This document shows, piece after piece, positions 37,938 through 49,124 of a stretch of DNA of 64,000 nt (positions within the stretch are counted from its first letter, which is position 1; every line of letters starts with the position of its first letter). The DNA comes from Carcharhinus amblyrhynchos (taxonomy: Eukaryota). The stretch is taken from positions 38,006,001 through 38,070,000 of the forward strand of contig OZ336888.1 of assembly GCA_965287045.1 (NCBI GenBank), read 5' to 3'. The position numbers and the translations under genes are program-made. Under the pieces are notes generated by a model that ran no database searches, was not told where the DNA came from, and was given only the letters and a program-made list of their open reading frames with translations.

Positions 37938-39318
37938 TCCATGTATGAAGGAATCAAGAAAGCAACAGACCCAACAGTGATGAAACCAACTCTCCTGAAG
38001 GCAAAGGTAGGGATGATTATCAATGAACATATCAAGCAGGTGGATGGAACACTATCTTGAGCTCTACGCGATGGAGAATGTTGAACAGAGTTCCTTGTCA
38101 TGCTGGAGATGGACATTGAGACACCCACACCATTAGCTGTCTTGCCAGTGGTGAAGCCCCAGGATGTGATGGCATTCCACCTAAAATCATCCAAAGTGGG
38201 GAAACAGCACCGCTGCAGCATCTTCACAAACTTTTCTTGTCTCCACAGGAATAAAGGATTTGTGCCTCAAGACATGGGCGATGTAAAAATACTCACCGTG
38301 TACTAAAACGAAGGGGATCACAGTGACTGCAAGAATTACTGAGACGTCTCCCAGTTCAATATTGTGGGGAAGGTCCTTGTTCACATGACTCTGACCAGAT
38401 TGCAGAGCTTGGCATTAGGCATCTACCCTGAATGTCAGTGCAGCTTCAGGGCTGGCAGATCAATAAGCATCATGAATTTCTCACTTTGGCAATTACAGGG
38501 ACAGTGTTGTTACAGAGGACAGAGCGGTGTATATTGTTTCACCAAGGCCTTTGTCCTTGCCAGCAGAGGCGGACAGTTTGAACTGATCTGGTAAATAAGT
38601 CACCCACCCAGACCCCCGGGCATTGTTTCTTTTTTGCAGAAGAATGAGCAGAGTTTTGCCAGTTCCAATAGAGCTTTCAGAATCAGCAGCAGGGTAAACA
38701 AGAGCTGCGTCTGTTTGGCATATTTTTCACCATGCTGCTATTATACACCTGTGGCAGCAAGGTCACTACCTGTATGCCAGAGCCAATAGAAAGCTATTCA
38801 ATTTGGTAAGATTATGCACCCAGGTTAAAGTGTGAAATATCTGACTCCATGTGGTGCTGTTTCTTGATGGTACCACACTGGCATTCTACACTGAAGTTCA
38901 CTCAGCAGCAGCTTGTCGATTGGTTCTCCTGGGCCTGCAAGGAGATTGGACTGACAACCAGAGTCAGCAAAGTTATGGATCTGGACATGGAGACTTCACC
39001 TCCTGTTGACATTGACAACTTTATTCTTGATGTGTTCAATAACTTCACCTTGGATCAACAATTACCAGTAAGCTGAATTCAGGATTGCCAAGGCTAAAGC
39101 GGCCAAAACTGAGAGCTGGAGTCTGGACCAAATGCAAGCTAACCGAAAATACAAACCTCCGTGTGTATCAGGCTTGTGTTCTCAACACCTTCCCTAACAG
39201 CAGTGAGGCACGGGCAACTTGAGCAAACTAAGAAAAACAGCTGAATAGCTTCAACCTCCACTGCCTCAGATGAATATTGGACATCTCCCAGCAGGACAGA
39301 GTGTCAAATGCCAGCAGC

Positions 39319-39987
39319 GTGCAGGTAATACACCAGTGTGTAGATAATATACCAGTGTGCAGGTAATACACCAGTGTGTAGGTAATACACCAGTGTGTAG
39401 ATAATACACCAGTGTGCAGGTAATACACCAGTGTGTAGATAATATACCAGTGTGTAGATAATACACCAGTGTTTAGATAATACACCAGTGTGCAGATAAT
39501 ACACCAGTGTGTAGATAATATACCAGTGTGTAGATAATACACCAGTGTTTAGATAATACACCAGTGTGCAGATAATACACCAGTGTGTAGATAGTACACC
39601 AGTGTATAGATAATATACCAGTGTGCAGGTAATACATCAGTGTATAGATAATACACCAGTATGTAGATAATATACCAATGTGCAGATAATATACCAGTGT
39701 GTAGATAATATACCAGTGTGCAGGTAATACACCAGTGTGCAGATAATACACCAGTGTGTACATAATACACCAGTGTGCAGATAATACACCAATGTGTAAA
39801 TAATACACCAGTGTGCAGGTAATACACCAGTGTGTAGATAATACACCAGTGTGTAGATAATATACCAGTGTGCAGGTAATACACCAGTGTGTAGATAATA
39901 CACCAGTGTGCAGATAATACACCAGTGTGTAGATAATACACCAATGTGTAGATTATACACCAGTGTGTAGATAATACACCAGTGTGC
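39319..39987. repeat. 19-bp minisatellite, about 35 copies
   Basis: Unit gataatacaccagtgtgta with g/a, c/t variants; no spacers. Confidence 0.97.
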
Positions 39988-40159
39988 TGGTTAAGTGGCA
40001 GTTTGCAGATAATACAACAGTGCCCTGGGCTTGTCAGCAAGTTTGCCTCTTGAGTCAGTGGTGACTTTATTGGCCAGGTCATGTTAGTCAAATGGATGAT
40101 GACTGCATCCCCAAAGACTCGCGAAACTCTGCTGTCTGCAAGCAAGACCTCTCTGTCTG

Positions 40160-40788
40160 GTTTTTAGGCGTCCAGATCACCAACAACATGTCCTGGTCCC
40201 CCCTGTTGACACTATAGTTAAGAAAGCCCATCAATGCCTCTACTTTCTCAGAAGACTAAGGAAATTTGGCATGTCAGCTATGACTCTCACCAACTTTTAC
40301 AGATGTACCATAGAAAGCATTCTTTCTGGTTGTATCACAGCTTGGTTACGGGTCCTGCTCTGCCCAAATCAACAAGAAACTACAAATGGCTTTGAATGTA
40401 GCCCAATCCATCACACAAACCAGCCACCCATCCATTGACTCTGTCTACAGCTCCCACTGTCTCGGCAAAGCAGCCAACATAATTAAGGACCCCACACACC
40501 CTGGACATTCTCTCTTCCACCTTCTTCCTTCAGGAAAAAGATACAAAAGTCTGAGGTCACGTACCAACAACTCAAGAACAGCTTCTTCCCTGCTGCTGTC
40601 GGACTTTTGAATGGACTTCCTTGCATTAAATTTATCTTTCTCTATAGCCTAGCTGTGACTGTAACACTACATTCTGTACTCTCTCATTTCCTTCTCTATG
40701 AACGGTATGTTTTGTCTGTATGGCACACAAGAAACAATACTTTTCACTGTATGTTAATGCATGTGACAATAATAAATCAAATCAAATC
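40160..40788 (+). mobile_element. Rex1/Babar LINE 3' fragment
   Basis: FLGVQITNN.SW, IVKKAHQCLYFLRRLRKFG, IIKDPTHPGHSLFHLLPSGKRY; (aatca)n tail. Confidence 0.9.
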
Positions 40789-41011
40789 TGAGCCTGTGCA
40801 CATGCTGCCTGCTCAGATTATCTGCCAGAAGGCCAACTTGCCAACAAAGGCCCTATCCCAAGGATGGATGTTAATATTAAAATATTGCAGCAAAAAGAAT
40901 ATTGAGCAGTGAAGGTAGGTTTGTGGTAGATTATGTCAGAGAGACGTCTAGCAGATTTCTGTTGTTTTCCCCTTGTTGGGAATTCTTGCAAGATGTCCTG
41001 ATGATGCATGA
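40787..41011. repeat. Templated local duplication with internal inversion (copy of 42495-42606 direct plus 42626-42740 inverted)
   Basis: Direct comparison of the two loci; only scattered substitutions. Confidence 0.92.
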
Positions 41012-41012
41012 T

Positions 41013-41425
41013 CGTCCGCAAGCAAGACCATGTTGTCTATAAGTGAGACCCTGCTGTTTTCAAGCGAGACCCCTCAGTCTGCAAGCGAGACCCCACTGTC
41101 TGCCAATGAGACCCCGCTGTCTGCCAATGAGACCCCGCTGTCTGCAAGTGAGATCCCGCTGTCTGCAAGTGAGCCCCCACTGTCTGCAAGTGAGCCCCCA
41201 CTGTCTGCAAGTGAGCCCCCACTGTCTGCAAGCGAGACCCCACTGTCTGCAAGCTAGACCCCGCTGTCTGCAAGCTAGACCCTGCTGTCTGCAAGCTAGA
41301 CCCTGCTGTCTGGAAGTGAAACCCTGCTGTCTGCAAGCAAGACCCCACTGTCTGCAAGCGAAACCCTGCTGTCTGCAAGCGAGACCCCACTGTCTGCAAG
41401 CAAGACCCTGCTGTCTGCAAGCGAG
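41013..41425. repeat. 21-bp minisatellite, about 19 copies (2 more at 40121-40159)
   Basis: Unit gagaccccactgtctgcaagc. Confidence 0.95.
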
Positions 41426-42590
41426 ATGACCTCAAGTTGACCAGGATCCGAGTCCTGGCTGCTGACAAGAGTGTCAGGAGAAAAATAGTCAGGGAGGGTG
41501 CGGGAAAACAAGTCAAAAAGAGTGACCAGATGGCAGGAAAGAGGGTCCATTGCATGGAGAAAATGTCAGTCGACCTCAGGCCAATGCTAGTCACCTGTGC
41601 CAGCTGAGGAAGGGACTGCCACTCTCGAACCGGCCTCTACACCACAACAGATGATGTTCACTACAAGACGTACACCCTGGACACAGCCCAGCCTCCCCCG
41701 AAACAGACAGATGTTAACAATAATCATTATATTTCAGACTGGGACGGCCCAGGTTATATCCTAATTTTGTGCAAAGTTACCATTTCTCTTTGATGCATTA
41801 GTGAAAAGGCTACAATGGAGCTAGGTTAAGAAAGAGGTAAATCATCTGGCACACCTATTCCTGAACGCTCTCTGTCTGTCCCCACTGGTCAGAGTGAATG
41901 TGCCGACATTGGGTGAGGATTGGATCAGGAATGAGACAACTAAACAGTTACCATTTCAGCTAGAAAACCTTCACCACAAAGCACTATGCAGGGTCCAAGC
42001 AGCAGGCTGTCGCCCCTAACAGTCGAATAGCTCATTGATATGAGGCGTACGCAGAGAATAATCCATTGAGTGAAGCACAGGGGGATCCCAGTCAAGAATC
42101 AGAAGGAAAGACTGAGAAAGAAACAAACAAACTGGAAGAAAAACCATCCAGATTTAATTTCTGATCCTGTCGCTATTGATTTCTGTAATGAACAATGTTT
42201 GAATCCATGTTATTTATTGAAATATGTAACTTTATCTTTGTATGTAATTGAACAGTTGTCTAATCTAAGCTGTTCTTTCAGCTGCCAATTATTCCTGTTT
42301 CATTTGGAATCTGATCTCAAGGCACTGCACAGACCGGTTTGGCTGATTTTTCTTCTTACGTATCCCTGCTTTCCCTCCACGCATGCCCTTTCCCCGCCCC
42401 CTGCCCCCATCCCCCAGGACTTTCTGCATTATTCTTTCTGTATCCTCTCTCTCTCTCTTTCACTTTGCTAAAAACTGGTGTCCATGTGTCCTTTTCTGAG
42501 CCTGTGCACATGCTGCCTGCTCAGATTGTCTGCCAGAAGGCCAACCTGCCAACAAAGGCCCTATCCCAAGGATGGGTATTAATATTAAAA

Positions 42591-43720
42591 TATTGCTGCA
42601 AAAAGAGAGATGTCAAAGATTTTCGTCATGCATCATCAGGGCATATTGCAAGAATTCCCAACAAGGGAAAAACAACAGAAATCTTCTCGACGTCTCTCTG
42701 ACATAATCTACCACAAACCTACCTTCACTGCTTAATATTCGCATTGGGATGCTTACAGTTTCACACTCTGCAATACTGATCTCATCAGTAACCTTTTCAA
42801 TAAGGCCCAAGCCATCTACTCACCATGTGAGCTTAATGCTAAAAAAGGGAACACCAAAGGCAATCTGTAGCTCCCTGTATAGAGTGCAAAATCATGCGTG
42901 GACCACAGGCCATCACTTTAGATCTGAAAATGTGCCCAGTCTGCCCCAGGTTACCTTGGAAGAGCAATGTATGTCAAAACTTGGTGATGCTACTGTGTAG
43001 TAACAACACAAGTGGTATTCACCAGGTTTGTGATGCTACTATCAAGCCAAAAAGGCGTTCAGCCTATCACACAAATGAGTAATGTGGTATATGAATTTCA
43101 GGGCTGGCGTTACGCTCGTTATATAAGCTGTATGTCCCAGAGACTGGAATATACTAAACAAGATGTCCTAGTCACTATTCACAATGGATAAGGTACAAAC
43201 TGTACCCAATCAGTTACAAACTCAATATGCAGTGTCAAACATTAGATGCGATTCTGCGATTGACAACATTTGTTAAATAATCCTCAGTGTGCTACGAATT
43301 ACACTGACAACCAATTTAAGATTGTCAGTCAGGTTTGCAGTTTGGCACATTTGCATGTACTGAAAGCTACAAATATTAAACATAGGACCCTGTTTTCTGC
43401 AGACAAAAAGAACACGTACACACAGTGCACCTGTTTCAGCTAAACAAAATAAGTAATAGACATTCACTGACTCATTCCTCAGGACAATGCCTTGGCCAGC
43501 CAGGGTTAGGAAATCTGGTTTATATTTTCAAACAATGCTTGGCAGTTAACTATCAATCACCTGATGCATTCTCCATGGCAACACCACTGCCAATCAAAGC
43601 CGATGTACCAACCAATCAGCACTTTCTTCTCATATGGCATTGGTTTCTCCTTACATCAGTATTCTTGCTTCAACATGTCTCTATTTTCAGCAATACCCAA
43701 GTTCTGTTCTACTAAGTGAC
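42591..43720 (+). mobile_element. Penelope-like element, 5'-truncated, with inverted 5' pLTR
   Basis: RT thumb IYHKPTFTA*YSHWDAYS..DLISNLFNKAQAIYSPCEL; GIY-YIG MSNVVYEFQ..ARYISCMSQRL; HLLNNPQCATNY. 42591-42676 is an inverted copy of the pLTR 3' end. Confidence 0.9.
42608..42646 (-). ncRNA. Degenerate minimal type I hammerhead ribozyme motif in Penelope pLTR
   Basis: Minus strand atatgcc-CTGATGA-tgcatgac-GAA-aatctt-t-gacatct; core boxes intact, stem I/II/III mutated. Confidence 0.65.
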
Positions 43721-43764
43721 TATAATATAAAAGTAGATAGATAGCAATTAATAGTTAGATAAAA

Positions 43765-44090
43765 GGAATGTGCATTTATATAGCACCTTTCAGAATGTCA
43801 CAAAACGCTTTGCAGCCAATGACATACTTTTGAAGTGTAGCCACTTATTGGAAAGATGACAGACAATTTATGCACAAGTGGATCCCAGAGGCAGGTATGT
43901 GACAGTGAGCAGATAATCTGTTTTAGATATGTTTGTTGTGGGAGGAACATATACTTGGACAGTGGGGAGAACTCCCCTGCATTTCTTTGAAAAGGTGTCA
44001 TGAGATCCTTTAGGTTTGTCTGAGAGCATAGTTGGGACCTTAATTTTATAACCCCTGGCAATGCAGCACTCCCCTAGTGCTGTGCTGGGA
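43765..44090 (-). mobile_element. Deu-domain SINE
   Basis: tgcatttatatagcacctt..gcagccaatg..ggagaactcccctgc (reverse of the 19012 family). Confidence 0.75.
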
Positions 44091-44384
44091 TTGTTCCCTT
44101 TGTCTTGCTAAGTGAGTTATCCATGTACCTTCTCATCCTTTTTACCTCTGTTTCAAAGCTCAGACTATCCCCATGCTCTAATAACTGTAAAGGACAGTCT
44201 CACCCAGTTCCTTGTGATCACAAACTTTAAAAATAGCAGCTTTTTATTTTAGGACTCTGGCTGTTTTCAAACCCAGACCTTAGGGCTGAAAGGGAAAGGA
44301 CAAATCAAGACACACATTGGACCATCAACTTCTCAGCTTTGCATTTTCTTATTTATTCTTGACAAGTTATTACCAATGTACCCA

Positions 44385-44810
44385 CATCATGGCACAGTGT
44401 TTTGCACTGCTGCCTCAAAGTATCAGGGACACGGGTTCGGTTCCAATCTTGAATGATTGTGTGGAACTTACGTGTTCTCCTGTGTCTGTGTAAGTTTGTT
44501 CTGGGTGCTCTGGTTTCCACCCAAAGTCCAATGATGTGAAGATTAAGGGGAATGGCCATGGTAAAATTGCTCCTTAGTGTCCAAAGATGTGTACGTTAGA
44601 TGAATTAGACATGGTAAATGCATAGATTTTATTTATTTTTTATTCATTAGTGTCATAAGTAGGCGTACATTAACACTACAGTCGCCACACTCCAACGAGT
44701 GGGTTATGGGCTTAGGGTGAGGGTTGTGCCTGGGTAAGATGCTCTTTGGGAGGGTTGGTGTAGGCTCAATGGGCTGAATGTCCTCCTTCTGCACTGTAGG
44801 GATTCTATGT
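44385..44810 (+). mobile_element. HE1-type SINE containing an inverted tail-type-2 fragment (~44627-44695)
   Basis: Head and CR1 tail; inner tttatt..attagtgtcataagtaggcgtacattaacact is the reverse of tail type 2. Confidence 0.8.
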
Positions 44811-45009
44811 TTCTGTTCTATCATTAAAAATATATTGGTAAGATGCTACAAAGGAACTTTACAAGGTTATGAGGAGAAGGCAGTGGAGCAGAATTATTTG
44901 ATAACTCTTTCAAAAGGGCCAACTCTCATTCAATGGGCCCAGTGGTCCAGTGTATGACTCAGTGAATTTGATATATATCTCATTCATTTCTTTCATCATT
45001 CTAACGTAC

Positions 45010-45272
45010 ATGTGTGAGTGTGAGTGTGTGTATGAGTGTGTGTATGTGAATGTGTGAGTGTGTGTGTGAATGTGTGCACGTGTGTGTGTGAATGTGTGTG
45101 TGTTTGTGAGTATGAGAGTGTGTGTGTGTGATGCAGTGTGTGTGAGTGTGTGTGTCTGTGAGTGTATGCCTGTGAATATGTGCATGTCTGACTGTCTGTG
45201 TGTGCGTATATGTGTGCGTATGTGTGTGTGTGGGTGTGTGTGTGTGAGTGTGTATGTTTGTGTGTGTATGAT
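45010..45272. repeat. Imperfect (TG)n repeat
   Basis: Directly visible. Confidence 0.95.
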
Positions 45273-45279
45273 GTAATGC

Positions 45280-46070
45280 CCCTCAAGCTCTCAGCCCCTG
45301 GCGACAGACTAGCAACCTGTTCCAGGAATAATTAGCTACACAAGTAGACGGAAACCCGGCCTATGCATCATCAGACACCGGCAGCCTGGTAGCAGCAGAG
45401 GGCACATGGGCACTTGAGTCCCTCTCTCAAAGTCTGAGGGGCCAAGTCAGGATGTCAATGCCAGGAGTCAGTGCACTGCTGACATTGCCAAAACATGTGG
45501 CCTGATCACAGGGCTGAGAGGGGAAGAGGCTGAGTGTGGATCGGGGGACGGGGGGGGGCAGTGGTGGGCTGAGTTGGGGAGCTGAGAGGGCACCCGAGAG
45601 GGGAGAGTGGGGCTGAGTGGGAATCTGGGGGAGGGTAAATGGGGATCTGGGGAGGGCTGTGTGGGAGGCTGAGAGGCCATCTGAGAAAGGAGTGGGGCCA
45701 AGTGGGGACCTTGGGGGGCTGAGTGGGCATTTGAGGCTGGGGACATTGAGGTGGCAGGCTCAGATCACCCTCAATCCTGCATGTTGCGTGTTTGGGGGAG
45801 GGAAGGAGTGATCTGTTATTTGACTGGTAGAAGGGAGAGTGTCCCTCTTTGTTGAACGGTTGGAGGGGCATCATTTTGCTATTTGGCGATGGGGAGGTTG
45901 GGGTACCATCTTGGAGCAGTGGGGCTGGCTGACATGAATCGCGAGATCATGAATTTGCATCTGTCAGGTGAGTGAATCCCTCCTGACAGATGCTCCCGGT
46001 GCCAGAGTGATTCATTCCCGTTTTCTCGCCAGCCGGAGTACGTAGCCTGAAAATGGGTGAATCATGACCA
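45280..46070. mobile_element. Harbinger-like DNA transposon remnant
   Basis: GC-rich body with terminus-like aaaatgggtgaatcatgacc and subterminal atcgcgagatc; no transposase motif. Confidence 0.4.
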
Positions 46071-46334
46071 CAATGATTCGGCCTGACTGTTTTCTGTGGT
46101 AGTGAATTCTACAGCCTTACCACTCCCTGAGTGAAGAAATTTCTCCTCATCTCAGTCTTAAATGGTTTGCCACTTATCCTTCGACTGATCCCTGATTCTG
46201 GATGCCCTCACCATCAGGAACATCCTTCCTGCATCTACTCTGTCTAGTTCTGTTAGAATTTTATAGTTTTCTGCGAGATAACCCCTCTTTCTTCTGAACT
46301 CCCACGGATATAATCCTAATGACTTATTCTCTTG

Positions 46335-46871
46335 GGCACCGCACCTGCGCAAGGATGTTTTGGCCCTGGAGGGAGTGCAGAGGAGGTTTACTAGGCTGAT
46401 ACCGGAGTTGAGGGGATTGAGCTATGAGGAGAGGCTGAATAAACTAGGCTTGTACTCGTTAGAGTTTAGAAGAATGAGGGGAGATCTCATTGAGACGTAT
46501 AAGATGATGAATGGGATGGATAGGATAGAGGTGGAGAGACTCTTCCTGCTCAAAAAAGACAGTAGGACTAGGGGGCACAGCCTCAAGATAAAGGGGAGGC
46601 GGTTTAGAACGGAGTTGAGGAGGAACTTCTTCACTCAAAGGGTGGTGAATCTCTGGAATTCTCTGCCCGTTGAAGTGGTGGAGGCTGCCTCGCTAAATAT
46701 TTTTAAGAAGCGGGTTGATGGGTTCTTGATAAGAGAGGGGATTAAGGGTTATGGGGAGAGGGCGGGAAAGTGGAACTGAGCCACAACAGATCAGCCATGA
46801 TCTTATTGAATGGCGGGGCAGGCTCGAAGGGCTAGATGGCCTACTCCTGCTCCTATTTCTTATGTTCTTAT
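46335..46871 (+). mobile_element. Young CR1 3' fragment inserted in an older minus-strand CR1 (46080-46900)
   Basis: Uninterrupted 139-aa CR1 ORF2 C-terminus, CpGs retained, (ttcttatg)2 tail; host sequence resumes catcccaggaatcagtctg. Confidence 0.95.
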
Positions 46872-46962
46872 GTAATCCTGGCATCCCAGGAATCAGTCTG
46901 TTTCTCTCCCAATTCTCTCTTTTTTCTATTCTATCCTCCTCCTTCCTCCTCCTGCTCCCTCA

Positions 46963-47252
46963 ATGACATGGTAGCACAGTGGTTAGCAGTGCTGCCTCAC
47001 AGGGCCAGGGGCCCATGTTCGATTACTGGCTTGGGTCACTGTCTGTGCAGAGTCTCCCCATGCCTGCATGGGTTTCCTCCGAGCGTTCCGGTTTCCTCCG
47101 ACAGTCTGAAAGACATGCTAGGGTGCATTGGCCATGCTAAATTCTCCTTCAGTGTAACCAAACAAGCGCGGAAGTACGGTGACGAGGGGATTTTCACAGT
47201 AACTTCATTGCCTTGTTAATGTAAATCTACTTGAGACATTAATAAATAAACT
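46963..47252 (+). mobile_element. V-SINE tail type 2
   Basis: Head, V-domain, ggattttcacagtaacttcattg tail; another tail fragment at 47940-48090. Confidence 0.85.
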
Positions 47253-48241
47253 TAACTATGTGCTCGCATTCTGTCTCACTTTTAAACGTTTTCTCAATTA
47301 AACTGTTTTTCATATTCCTAATGTGCTCTCTGTGATTAAATATCTCAGTGTTACACCAAGGCTGCAACTGACAAATACCCACTTGAGTGAGAAAATCTGA
47401 TGCAGTCAAAATCCAGCGATGAGTCAACACCTACAAGTGAGATATAACTGAATAACACAGCCCTAGGTCTTTACCTAGACAGCGACTGGAATGTGGAACT
47501 CGCATGCACAAAATGTGATAGCGGTGATGAGCAGAGATGTATTTACAGAGAAGTTAGATAAGCATGAAAGGGATAGAAGAATATATTGATGGACTTGGAT
47601 AAAATGAGATGGGAGAGGCTCGTGTAGATCATAAACACTACATGGGCCAATTGGACAGAATAAACATTAAGTTCTGTGTAATTCCATTTGGTCCATGTCT
47701 CTGTTCTTGAATTTAAATGGACTGATGAACGTTTCCCCTATCAGTCAGTTGTAAGAATCCTACATGAAGTAAGTTTGTGAGATCTCAGCTCAGTTCTTTG
47801 CGACCATGGGCAGACAGCACAGATCCCCCCCAATTTAACACCAATTAGTGTTCTTGTTAAGAGTGACCACAAAATGACTGAAGTGGGATATAGAAATATA
47901 GCATTACTACGTTGATGCAGGGACCTTGTTGGGATAGGGTAGTATGCTGGTTAGGCACATTGGCCATGCTAAATTCTCCCTCAGTGGACCTAAACAGGTG
48001 CCAGAGTGTGGCAACTAGGGGAATTTCACAGTAACTTCATTACAGTGTTAATGTAAGCCTACTTGTGACACTCATAAATAAACTTAAACTTTATCTAAAA
48101 CTGCCTTTACGAGAGCTGGGAAAACTTGATGCTGTCGGTGAAAATGTTCCATTCCCCAGCACAAAGCATTCAAATATAAAACACAATGTGTTTATATGGC
48201 ATAAAACTCATGTCCCCTATAATTATATTTTTTGTGTATTT

Positions 48242-48443
48242 CTGCAAAAAGACATTTTATCAAAGCTTTTCATCTTGGTCAGAACCCACTTACCAATCAA
48301 TCGGCACTCTCTTCCTATACAGCATAAATTTATTGTTTCTCCTGTTGTTGGTATTCTTGTGATTCTCCTGGTGAGTGCAGGATGAAAAGCTTTGACAAAA
48401 TGTCTATTTTTCAGCAATGCTCAATTCTGAACTACCAAATGAC
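48242..48443 (+). mobile_element. Penelope pLTR mini-element with inverted 5' arm and degenerate hammerhead (48363-48398)
   Basis: Arms 48242-48277 / 48378-48413 are inverted; body matches 43590-43720; CTGGTGA-gtgcaggat-GAA-aagctt-t-gacaa. Confidence 0.8.
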
Positions 48444-48464
48444 CCTTTATATTTGTTGTGTTAG

Positions 48465-48790
48465 TTTTGGTTCAGTTGCTAATGCCCTCACTGCTGAGAC
48501 AGAAGATTGTGAATTCAAGTCCCACACAAGGACATAAGTAAAAAAATCTAATCTGACACTCCAGTGTAGTACTGAGGGAGTATACACTGTCTGAGGTGCT
48601 ACCTTTACAACGACAGGCTAACTGAGGCACTGTCTATCTCTCTGATCAATATAAAGCGGCCATGACACTATTTCATTGACCAATATTTATCCCTCAAACA
48701 ACATCACAAAACATATTAACTGGCGATTATCACATTGCTGTTTGGAGGAACTCATGCAGAAACTGCTATGTTTCCAAATTGCAACAACTT
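48465..48790 (+). mobile_element. Deu-domain SINE
   Basis: ctgacactccagtgtagtactgagggag; ccaatatttatccctcaaacaacatcac. Confidence 0.75.
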
Positions 48791-49124
48791 GTATTTGTAC
48801 AGCCTTTCCAACATAACAAAACACTTCAAGGCACTTTGCAGCTGCAATCCAAAGCAAAATTGGACACTGAGACAGAAAATGTAATTTTCTCAAAGGTTGA
48901 GTCCCAAAGGTAGGCTTTAAGGAGTGTCTTAAAGGAAGAAAGAAAGGTAATGTGGCAAAGAGGTTTAGGGAGGGCATTTCACAAGCTTTGGAGCAAAACA
49001 GCTGAAGGCATGGCCACCAGTGATTATTATGGGCGTGGGGATGGTGGGCAGAAGGTGGTAGAATAGACGTTCATCCTATCTTACATGTCCCCCCTCCCAG
49101 CCACCCCAGGAAAACAGGAGCAGC

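Larger units (their letters stand above)
37000..41725 (+). mobile_element. RTE-clade LINE, degenerate, with nested insertions
   Basis: MYEGIKKAT.., EHYLELY, YPECQCSFRAGRS, WPGHVSQMDDDCIPKD, VCKRD, RDCHSR.GLY C-terminal motif and a short aac/aat tail. Putative 5' UTR 37000-37640 with an approximate start; endonuclease region not seen. Confidence 0.85.

Noticed and set aside
39319-39987. CRISPR array or repeat-protein ORFs (YYLHTGVLSTHWC..)
   Set aside because: Head-to-tail 19-mers without spacers, no cas genes, eukaryotic TE context; ORFs are array translations.
41030-41594. SASETPL / LQTAGS repeat proteins
   Set aside because: Translations of the 21-bp minisatellite within an RTE.
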